DNA of 64,000 bases, taken from NCBI GenBank assembly GCA_032718475.1, contig JAUCBJ010000785.1:57837-121836 (forward strand), read 5' to 3'. This document shows, piece by piece, positions 13,066-24,500 of this stretch. Under the pieces are notes generated by a model, which was not told where the DNA came from, did not search any database, and saw nothing but the letters and a program-made list of their open reading frames with translations. This stretch comes from Nemertoderma westbladi. Its lineage: Eukaryota > Animalia > Xenacoelomorpha. Position 1 is the stretch's first letter. Every line of letters starts with the position of its first letter. The translations under genes and the position numbers were made by a program.

Positions 13066-14388
13066 TTACGTTATGGAGTCCCTAGATATTTGTTGGATTA
13101 GGGAGGTGGTCGTGGGAAGAGTATCTTGCCTTCCATAGTTTCTGGACAGTTCTCGGTCTCTTTCCAGTAAACATAGACGACCAACTGGGCGATTGAGTTG
13201 TTGTGTTTCGAATACAATTCCAGGTTTCTTCTTCGTCCTGAAATAGTTGGGTTTAGGTTTAGGATTAGGTTTAACTTTCTCCGCTCCCTTGGCTTGTCTA
13301 ATCTCAGCCGTGGTAAGATGAGGAGGCCATTCATCTTCTTCTTTACTTAGGAAGTCGGGTCCACCTAACCAGTCCGGAGTCTCTATCAGTTCTTGAAAAG
13401 TTGCTCCTCTGGAGTCGATATCGTCATTATCTGAGGAGTATGGTGTTCCCTCAGGTGTATTGTCTCCCTCACTGATTTCCTCTTCCCATTCACTCACCTG
13501 GTAAATTTGCTCCTTTGGTAGCCTTTCCATGAGTGTCCTACGGGAGGGACCAGTAAAGTACCAACCTACTCTAGTTCTTCCCGCATAAGTTTGTAGTGGT
13601 TGCGGTTGAGTAGGCCGTTTCTCTAATGTCTCCAGCGCCTCATGCGCATTTTGGCCGATGAGTATTTGTACCCCAGGGTAGTCTGTGTTGAATCTAGGTA
13701 TGTCATACTGTTGGGTGAAATCGTCTTCATCCCAGTTATAAGGTTCCACTTGGCTGGTAGCGAAGTTCTTTATAGCCACCATTTTTACTGACCTTATACT
13801 GTGTTCTCCTAGTTCGTCCTGGGGGGTGGACAAAGCGCCTACATAGTAGTCCGTGTGACAATCCCCATAGTATACTGTACGTTAATTGAAGAACTACATT
13901 GTGTAATATGTAATGTATATTGGTTGGTTAAGGCAAACAGCTGGTTATATACATTTTGAGTTAGTGCCTTAATATTGGTGAAGTATATTAGTATTATGAT
14001 GAGTATTAGTATTAGGAGTGTATAAGAATTATTGATATATGTTACTTAGTTTTTGATTATAGACATTTTTTGGATTGTAGAAAATTACCGAACCAGTGTT
14101 TTATATACTTGAACTGCCACAGTCCGTAGCTACTGTAGATTTCCAAACCTGCATAATTCCTGAAAGGTTCAACTTAGTTCGGAACTTAGGTTGTCCAGCA
14201 AAGATATCTTCGGCTAGTTCTTTATCGATGAATGTTCCTGTGCTGCCAGAGTCGAGAAGGGCGTTCACTATATAAATCTTGCATACGCCGTGGACTCTCA
14301 ACTGCACTACGGGAAATTCTCGGATTCCTACGTTGGAAGTTGGCATTTTCCAAGATGGTTGTCGGTCTGGAATAGTGAGGGGAAGCAC
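13066..14388 (-). pseudogene. BEL/Pao protease fused to remnants of pol; RT, RNase H core and integrase core absent
   Basis: NALLDSGSTGTFI, ILIGQN...TRVGWYFTGP (BEL protease), then WLGGPDFL...EWP and RPVGRLCLLE in one frame once the 268-bp insertion is removed. Confidence 0.85.
13854..14121. mobile_element. 268-bp solo LTR nested in the protease
   Basis: TGTGACA...TGCCACA termini and 5-bp TSD GTCCG (13849-13853, 14122-14126); removal restores the frame STVATDYYVGALSTPQ. Confidence 0.85.
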
Positions 14389-17300
14389 TTACCTGACTCG
14401 GGCTGTTTCTTTCGAATTCGGTGTGCAACAAAATATGATGTTTCGCGCCGCACTTCGCACACCTTGCGTCGGAGTAACAGGTTCGCTGTTGGTGTCCTTG
14501 TCTGAGACATTTATAACACAACCGCTTATCCCACATGACTTCGCGTCTATCTTTTAGGGATTTATTTAAGAACTCCTCACACACACTTAAACGATGGGGC
14601 CCGTCGCACAACATACATTTTGGTTTGATGTTACTTACTTTACCTTGGGTAATGTTATGCACACTCGTTCTTTCCTCTGGCTTTCTTCCATGAATTCTTT
14701 TAGGAGACGTGGGAGGAGTTTTTGTTGTATATTCTCTCCTGTCACTGGTTCGAGACTTTAATTTACTTACGTCTTTTGGTGCTTTGTTGACATAGTAAGA
14801 TCTTTCAGTGTCTCTCCCATTGCTCTCCTCTTGAGAGGTTTGGCTTTCGCCATCGTCTGTATAACACACTGGTGTTACCTTTCTCCTAGAAACGGGTTTT
14901 TCACTTACCTCACTTTCAGGAGTCTTCTCTCTAGACTGTTTTAGGAGTTGTAATCTTACCTCTCGGTTTAAGAATGACAGAAGGTCCATCATGGTTGGAT
15001 CTCTATGTTGTTGGTCCATCAAATAGAGAACCTTTTTGTCCCAGCGAGTACATACTTCACCCTTTGGAAAAGCTGATGCTAAGGCTCCTACAACCATAGA
15101 ATTCTGGTATTCATGAGACTTACCCAACCAGTCTAATTGTCTACAGATCTCCTGAATCTCATCGGAAAACTCTATAATCCCGCTGCTAAGAAACTTTCGG
15201 GGCGCCATTAATTTCGCATACAAATACCTAGCTATGTTAGTCCTATTACCATACCTGATGTTTAGTGTATCCCAAACTTGTCTTAATCCATATGGATGTC
15301 CAATAAACTTTAACGCCATTAACTTGGGAGGTCCTTCCAAGCACTCGATGAGGAATCTAAGTTTCTCTCCGTTAGCTAGTACAGAGTTCTGTATGTTATC
15401 CTTATAATATTCATTAAAAGGTAACCATTTCATCTCATCTCCATTGAACTTGACTATATCTCCCATCTTTACCGCTTGACGGGCTTCGGTTCTAGCCATT
15501 TGACGCGTAAAACTTTCTTGGGCCATCGTATTATTTAATATCGAGTATCGGTATATAAATTTCTCAGATTATGATCAGGTCTATATGGAATATCATTGTC
15601 AACAGGTTTTTACCCTTAATTACCCTTAATAGGGTTTACTATAGGAGTTTCTACTTCACTAGCAGTATAGATGCGTGTAGTCTCCACACCTTGCGCATGA
15701 AATACTTCAGACCTAACAGGTTGACACATTGTTACAGGAGGTGGTGGTATACCCTTTTGTATATTTACCAATTTATCACGTTCTAACGCGATACTCTGCT
15801 GCACTTCTTGCAACTCTAACCTACTTTCTCTTACTGTTCCCTTCAACTGCTGAACAGTCCCTTCAATCTCTCGGACTTGCTGTGAGGAACATACCTGGTG
15901 TTCCCTCAGCTTCCCGAGCAAGAGACCCATCTCCCGCCGTCCCTCAGCTACCCACTTGACCGCCGAAGCGGGAGTCGCCAACATAGTAGCAGACGAGCGA
16001 GAGACGACGGGCGATAAATTCTTGATATCTCGCTCGGCGTCCAGGACGGGTTTGGACTCGGGAACAGTCCTACTGGGCACAGGTAGTTTAGTACTGTGCA
16101 AAGGGAATTTAGAGGTAGGTTCTGGAAGTACAGGTGTCTCTATCACCGAAGGGGTGTCTTCGAGAACAGGCCTAATTATTTCAGGCTCATCTACTATAGT
16201 AGGGAGACTTTCTATTCTAATAATTTGGTCTGTGGGTTCTGTACTACCTAAGTCTGTGCTAGATAGTTGCCTTCTCACAGCTGGTAGATCTATTTCCTCC
16301 ACCTTCAGGATCTGTGGTGTCGCCTTCATCGGATGATGTAAATCCTTGTCTTTTGGGAGTTTTTTTACTTATCATCTGCCACTGACACGCTGTTCTCTGT
16401 TTATCGATGTAATCTTGCTTCTCTTGAAGATTTTCCAACTCTAGTTGGGCGGTCTCTTCAGACGCCTTTCGTTCTGCTTCTGCCACTGCTACCTTTATTT
16501 CTGCTTCTGCCGTTTTTCTTTCCGCTTCTGCCTCTGCCACTGCCACTGCTGCTGCTGCTTTTCTTTCCGCTTCTGCCTCTGCCGCTGCTGCTTTTCTTTC
16601 TACTTCCGCCGCTTTTCTTTCCGCTTCTGCCTCTGCCACTGCCGCTGCTGCTGTCTTTCTGTCATCTATACGTTTTTTCTTTACGTGTTCTTCTTGAACC
16701 CTAGCGATGCGGATGCTTTCATCAAATTTAGCTTGGTTCGCAGCTAACATTTCCGCATCTAATGCGTCCAACACCAACTTGGCTCCTTCACTATTAGGGC
16801 GAAGTCCATCTAACCGTCTCCTTAACTCTTCGTCACCTATAAATCGTTGATAGTCCGACAGATAGATGTCAATTGCGTCCCTCTGAGGTTTTTCTGCCGT
16901 CACTTCGCTTTCCACTTGAGAAAAGACAGCGTCGGTTGATTCTCCTTGAGTCGAGCGCTCAGCCAGCTGAAATTTCCACTGGGCCGTTCCTTGAACTTTG
17001 AGATCTACGCGCTGGAACCAAGTCTTCACAGCAACTTGCAACGACGTATCTTGGATTCTCTTCGAGGCCTCCTCAAAGGCTGAAAGAATTAGTCTGATCC
17101 GCAGAACTCATTCGCGAACTTGATAAAGCAGCTCTCCCTGCTCTTGAGGTCCTTGGGGTTGTTGAAACAGTTGTTCCTCTGATCGCTCCAGAGAGCTGAA
17201 GAATCTCTGCACATATCCTGCTGCCGACCTCTTCCACACAGCTGGATCTCTAGTGTCCATTAACACTCCCATCCGGTATAGATCTTTCCAGGCAGCTTCT

Positions 17301-17851
17301 GATAAGTTAAACGGGAGTCCGGATCCGGGGAAATTCCATTGCATCTCGACAATAGATGTCAGTTCCTCCTTCGTGTATCCCGCATAACTGTCCTTGGTCG
17401 ATCGCTGACCTCTCGCCCAATCCATTTGATGTTCCTCTACCGCAATCAATACTCTAGTGTGTACGGCTTCCGGGAGAATGAGAAGTGGATCCGAATAAAC
17501 CGCTTCTGCCATCTTTGCTCCGCGCTCGGGTGTCAGCTCTACAGTATCTGAACTACTGGAGCTATCGGGCCGCTGAGAAATAAGTTCTCGGCTCGAGTGT
17601 TTAACAGCTGCCTCTTGGTCCCGCTTGACTTGAGCCCGAGTGCCTATAATAGACCTATGGTGCTTTACTAGCCTAGGGTCTGATACTACTACTGGAGGGA
17701 TGACCTTTCTGACAGTAGGAGGGGACTTGGACTTTGGTCTAGGATGTTCTATACTTTGATCTTGGTCACAGATCTTTTTAAGACTCTGTCTAACAGTCAT
17801 TCTAACACTTTCTATGAGACTATCTGACAGTGTTTGTTGTGTGTCAGACAT
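14222..17851 (-). pseudogene. gag: BEL/Pao gag with long N-terminal coiled-coil/Pro-rich extension; disrupted
   Basis: ORFs 17108-17851, 16259-17041, 15616-16329 and 14222-15526. Capsid-like KFNGDEMKWLPF...EKLRFLIECLEGPP; knuckles CMLCDGPHRLSVC, CYKCLRQGHQQRTC and CAKCGAKHHILLH. Confidence 0.9.
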
Positions 17852-19749
17852 GTTTGATTATACAGTTGAATGCCTACTACTATAATGACAGTTAAAGTAA
17901 GTCTAGTAATTCAGTATCAACTAAAAGCCTAGTAATTAATTACCGATATTGTTACTCAGTGTAACGTGATATATATACAATATATTAAAATACCGGTATA
18001 CACTTATAGTATAAGTATTATTACAGACTAGGGTTTGTCACAAAAATACCGGTATATAATTCAGCGTAAATATATAAATATATAATAAGCCTTCCGTGAA
18101 TACCGGTATACAGTTTACACTTATAGTATATATAAGTATAATTATAGACTAAATTAATTACAGAATACCGGTATATGATTTCAGCATAAGTTTATAAAAA
18201 TAAATATAATAAGCCTATCGTAAATACCGGTATATCAATTATTTTAGAATAATTGAATTTCTGAAATTTAGGGTTACTTGGTTAGTTTACGTTACTTTAT
18301 AACCGTTATTTAAGCAGTGGTCCAACTGATATTAAGACCTAATTGATGGATGACAGGCCTACTATTTATAAATCGGTTTGAGTTGATTTATAATATATAT
18401 ACCCGTACAAGGGTTTTTTGCCAATATTTGAAACAAATGTTATTGTTTCTGGTTAAGGGTTCACTACACAGAAGCTAAACGCTCTCAGTGGAGTGCTACC
18501 TGTTGGACACTAAAACAAATAATTATACTTGACTAAGTTACTTATTACTACAAATTACTTACAATTATAGGGTGGGATTACAATCTCTAAATAAACAATA
18601 ACAAATTACACGTACAAATTTTAGGGTAATTTTACAGGGAATCTACAAACCAGTCTAACAAGGGTTAGAAGTCTAGTTATTACAAACGGACAGGATACTA
18701 CGGTATTTGAAAATAATTAAGCAGTAGTAAATACACTGTGTTGTCCAGATAAGAAATTACCACCGTCTGACAACTTATAGCCTTTTGCTTTACAGCACTA
18801 TAAGTACTACGTTATGTACCCGGAGTGTCCTTACCTAGAAGTTAATTACCGCAGCCTACCAGAGCTAACGTGCCTATTAACCACTTTACAACACAAATAT
18901 ACTGCCCACAAACTAATTACTTTCGGAAAGTATTGTACACTAAACCCTAGATTAGGTACAATTACTTGTATAACAAATAACCAGCAGTTAAATATACTTG
19001 AACAGCTAAAAGAACCACGGCATCTGCTGGAGTGACTAGCGCATAAAATCGCCGGTCTTTACCTACGCTGAGCAGCCCTGATGTAGTACCGGGGTTAATT
19101 TAACTATAACGGTATGTATAACAAGCACAATTACTGTAGGAATAAACTGGGGGAGTTTGAAGGTTGCGAATACTTGCATAAACTCTGAATAATAAATATT
19201 ACGCTACCCGTACAGACTACACAAACAAAATACAGTCCAAACGCTGGCAGACTACTGTCAAGCCTAAATAAACTACAGTATATGCAGACTCCGAAATGGT
19301 TAGTTAGTATGCGTTCTAACCGAGTAGTACGACTTATTCTTTCGGGGGGGATTTACATTACAACTCAAGATGCCCCTACTTTCCTAACTAGTACTTTATC
19401 GGACATACACTCTACACACACTGCAATCTCTTCAAACTTAACAACAGCTAGACAACAATCCAGCCTACAAATTATCTATACAATCTGAGCAGGTTTACAC
19501 GACCTCTGCTCAACATTACACTTACAGATAAATAAAACTGACAGAAATAAGTAAACCATACAAAGGAGTAAGGGGTGATCAATCCCTAATCCCCTAACAG
19601 CCTACAATATACAATATTTCACAATCGAACTAATACTGGTACCCGCAAGTACCGGTTCGGGTGATTGGGCAATTAGGCCTACAGGTTACCGTCTGACCGG
19701 TACATTCGAATTTATTGTCTACGTGCAATAAAGAAGTATAAACTATTAC

Positions 19750-20910
19750 TGTTCGCGCTTTTAGACTTTTAGCAGTTTAACCCGCTAATTTTAGGTGTCT
19801 TCTAATTTATAAATCGACTTTAGCCTATGACAATTTATTATTACTGAAATAACATTAGCCGAAGCCAGTCTATGCACGACCATTCACCCACTGTTAAGGG
19901 AGACTGGATTCGGATGCTTTGACTTATTATTGCATTGTAGACCTACTGTATTACTCAATTGATCGTTACTATATAATCTCTGACAATATATTTACTTTTG
20001 GGGAAATATTAACAGTTCCTTTAGGACGTGGCGGTTTAAGTATAAAACAGAGTTATGACTTATACTAATCACAACTAGATGTCTATTGATTTACATAAAA
20101 GGCGCATTCTTTAGGAGATGCTTTATTACCAGTCACATCACCGCAAACAACTTCACACTGCTTCACACTGATCTGCCGACAGTTACTGAATTTGATCATA
20201 TATAAGGAAGATAGCAACATGACACCTGTAGGGATTATGAAATAGCATTTAATTCACACAAAACCCACTATAATGTAAGTCGCAATTGCTACCGGTAACC
20301 TGTCCTCTAACCTTCAGTAATCAATAAGATTGGGGTTTTTTGGGTTCTTTATCGGTATTCTTCAAATATAACAATATATCCATCAACAGATATAACCATT
20401 AATAACAGACAGTAAAATAATGCAGTAATTGATTTGGTGCCGACGGATTTGTGCACCGGTGAGTCAGTACCGGTAATAGTTTATGTTTCGATAATCAAAG
20501 GCATCTAATGTTCTGGCCAAAGTCTGAAACTTCTACAGAAGTACAGAAGAATCCTAAGCCGGTGTTCTGGCTTAGAAAGATAAACACAACTACTACTGAC
20601 ATACACAGACTTGCTCGGTTTGCATAGCTCTTTTCCAAGAAAAAATGAAAATCGCTCTGATTGGCTGAGCCTAGCTGAGCCAAACAAAGAACCCAGAACA
20701 CAAGGGAAAGTTCCACATCAGCAAATCAGCTGACAGATTTCGTCATTTGAACTACACTGTATTAAGAGTATTTTGACGCATTGCGGCATAAAATGGCTTG
20801 TTATGTCCGCTAAGTACACATACAGAAAAACGGCTTTTTATGTCCACTAAAAACAACAACAGAGTACTTTGCGGGAAAAATGACTAGCCATAGCCGCAAA
20901 AGCTTTTACA
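19750..20910 (-). repeat. 5' LTR of the BEL/Pao element
   Basis: Direct repeat of 8998-10158; on the minus strand a CCAAT box (~20660), a TATA-like motif (~20620) and a TCAGT initiator-like motif (~20597). Confidence 0.95.
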
Positions 20911-21315
20911 AAATGTGTAACAACCTGTGTTATAAATACATTACTTAAATACTATTTCATCACTAATAGGTGAAACCCCATCGAATTAGTGTCACTTAGA
21001 TTAATGTCGTAGATTAATTAACTCGTAATACAATAACAGTAAATCAACTTTTTACATAGAGATTTACATAGAGCAATCAGTGAGAGACTATTTATTCTGT
21101 ACTTTGAACTTCTGTATCTTTAATTATTTATATTAAATCTGAACTTAATTAATGTGATTATGTGTACGAACTTCATTATTGTATAAAGAACTTATCAAAA
21201 ACAAACAAATTATTCAACAAATAAAATGTAAATATTTATTAAATATCGCTAATGCGCTATCAAATTTGCATTTATTCTCACAAAAGTCTTTGAAATACAA
21301 GTAGGTTGAAACCAC

Positions 21316-21505
21316 ATGAATATTTCGCACACAACAATCTCAAAAATGGATTTAGACCAGACCAGACCAGACCAGGTCAAAGGAATCAAACGGCGTCCTA
21401 GGCAAAGAATCATAATGCTGCCATATATTATTGGATATTTCATTGCAGTTTGTATGATGTCAATTCTACTCTCTCAAATACATCCCTTTGAAACACAACT
21501 GGAAG
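21316..21505 (+). CDS. SLC24-B exon 1 (start at 21316 or 21346)
   Basis: Homologous to exon 1 of paralogue A; gtgagt donor. Confidence 0.8.
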
Positions 21506-24500
21506 GTGAGTTAATATTATTAACAAATAATAAGAAATATTAAGTAATATTATGTGAGGGTCTAAGATGTGACTTATTATTAGAATTATTATATATATTA
21601 TTATTAAATTATTACAGCCCTATTATTAGTACCGTGCTATAAAATGTTGTAAAAAAATCCCCCCCCCCCCCCCCCCCCTAAAATCTATAAACTTTAACGA
21701 AAACGTCTGATTTTTTGTCGAAAAAAAAATATATCGAAAGAATGAAATGGGGTGGTTACTTTGCAGCACCAAAAGTTAAGTTGCCAGATCACTGCAACTC
21801 GTATTTTTCGGCGTAATATGTCAAATTTTGGTGCTAGCACCAAATTTCGTACCCAACACCAAAAAGTATAAGTTTGAAATGTCCAGTGCTGTTTTTTATT
21901 GATTTCATCGGATTTAGGACCCTCATAAATGTATAACTCAAGAAACAAGATGTTACTACCTATTGATCAATAAATAAAAAATAAAAAAAATAATAAATCG
22001 TGTAAATCATGTGCAATTAAAAAATATGTTATTACAAATCATATTTCTTGTAATGTAATTTTCAAAAACATCTCAAAATAAGTACCAAATGTAGGGCTAT
22101 AACTCGAAAACTTTCCAATATTTTTAAAAACCGTTTTGACTATTAGGAAGACAATAGCTTTTTAGGAAAAGTCAGAGTTTCAGAGTTATAACAAAAAACC
22201 ACAGGGGGGAGGGGGTGGGGGTCATATTGACCCCCCCCCCCGTGTTTAATAGGGTTAACGATGACTCTCCAGATATAACCGAGAGTCTCCCTAATGATCT
22301 ATAGATTTTGATACATTATGTCAACCAATCAGCCACCAGCTGATATTCTCGGTCTACGGAAAGCTGCAAAGTAATCACTAACTTTAGTAGCAATAAAACT
22401 CTAGAACACGTCTTGAGCATTCTCCATTGATGATAGCCATTGTGCTGTGGCCATAGTTTAATGTGTAAAATTATTTACCGTTCATTTGTTAGAGTAACTA
22501 CTGTACAGTTAATTTCATAAAAAGGATATGTATTTAATCAATATTCCTAAATATTACAATATTAATTTTAATAATTAAGCAATCAGAACGCCGATAAGAT
22601 GAATTGAGTTGAGCCGAGTCTGTATTTATGTTATGTGGGAGAGCAGAGAGGTACAGCGAGGGAGAATCAGTGATGGGGTTTAAATAAATAAATATACAAG
22701 GGTGATATACGCTGAATATAATTTATCCAGCAAGCTAATTTGATCCCAAATGGTATTCTATCATTAATTAATGGATATATATTTATGTAATTTGTAATTA
22801 AACCAGATTGATTGATCGCTTGCTATTTTTTTCCAGATTACCAATATAAAACAATTTAAATATTAAACACTAAAACAAGGAACTGGTAAATAATATATTA
22901 TAGTGTATGGTGTACGTGTAGTTACTACTGTATTTAATTCATTAAGTAATAGATAGGGCCTACTGATCAAACTGAAAGTAAATAAAAAGTAACTGAAAAT
23001 AGTGTAGCTGTGTAGTGAACGGCTATGATTTAGGGCTTGTCTAATCAGCACGATTTATGATTACCTAATTAAAAGTTTAAAAATAGTCTTAATGTGCTGT
23101 ACCAATTGCAACCGTTAAAATGGAGGGATAGCCTTATGCGGTGAACCGCGTTTCCATAAGGTTCCCAGTGAAATTCAAAATACAGAGGGCGATGAATATT
23201 ATTTAAAATACAAACAGAACGGATTGGTGAACGATTAAAATACAGGTGGAATGAGGCGGAGGGACTGACATATTTAAAAAATTTAGAAATGGGCGTTGAT
23301 AGTGACGATCTAAAACATGATTAAAATTCAAGTAGGTTATGGTTGTGGCGGTGAGAAGTTTAAGTGGTGGTGGGATTGATTAACTAAAAAATGATTAAAA
23401 TACAAAATGGGGGGCTGAGGCTGATGAACTTAAAAATAATTAAAAAGATAGGTAGACTGACAAATTTTAAAATTACCAAAATACAATTACATTTCGGGCG
23501 GTGAATATAAAAATACTCAAAATCCAAACATGGCTAATAATGGAGGTAGAATATGTGGATGAGGCTGATAAAAATAATTAAAACACACAACACAATTTGA
23601 AGCTGTGAGTTTAATTGAATTTGGCACGTTAACTGAAATGCAAATAAAATGTAGTTGATTGGATTAAAATCAAGCGAAAAGTTTGTAGAAAGGTATTTAA
23701 AAAAAAAAGTTATATTTATTGATTAGTGAATGGAGATTCGGTTTCATTAGTTATTTTTTCGAGGTAATACTTCTTAACTTCATGTTTAAAAACAATTATT
23801 GAACTGGAATTGGTTATGGTGGTGGGGAGATTATTCCACAGCTTGGGGCCGAGGAAACTGAATGAGATCTGGCCGTAAACCGTGTGTCTATGTGGAACGG
23901 ATGCCAGTTCACATGTTGATTGAAGGGAGTAGTTGGCTTCCTGGAAGTCGATGAGGTCCACTAGGTACTGGGGTGCTTGGCTGTGTTTGATTTTGTACAC
24001 CCACGCGAGAATTACGGCCTCTAGACGTTGTTTGAGAGGAAGCCAGTTTATCTCCACGAAATCCGAAGCATCGATGTGCGCTCTCGGCCCGAGGCCCATT
24101 GCAGAAGTGAACGCACTTCCACTGGAGGGCCTCGAGCTGATTCCGCAGTCTTGCCGAGATCGTGAAGAACCACGTGGAGGCCGCGTAGTCGAGGTGGGGT
24201 TGGATGAGAGTGTTACACAGCATTCTGCGGAGGGATCTATCGAGAACTGACCCGTTTCGGTGTAGGAATTTCAATCGGGAGTTGCCTCGCTTAATAATCT
24301 TCCTCGCCATTTCCTCGCCGTTTAGACTCTGGTTCAGTTCGGTCCCCAGGTAGATAACGGATTTGCGATTTGGAATTTTCTTACCATAGCAGTATACCTT
24401 TAAGTCGGGAGCAGTTGCACGTCTCTGGTGTTTACCAAACAGGATGCATTCGGTTTTATCATTGTTTTAATCTTTAGTTTGTTTTCCGTACACCATTGAA

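Larger units (their letters stand above)
8998..20910 (-). mobile_element. Full-length, pol-deleted (non-autonomous) BEL/Pao LTR retrotransposon
   Basis: Two 1161-bp direct repeats with TG...CA ends and a 5-bp TSD AAATG (8993-8997, 20911-20915). Gag carries the BEL-type triple Cys/His knuckle; DSG aspartic protease present. Confidence 0.95.

Noticed and set aside
16445-16747. Cys/Phe-rich plus-strand ORF resembling a metallothionein or toxin
   Set aside because: Antisense shadow of the GCAGAA/GCGGAA repeats encoding the Gag coiled coil.
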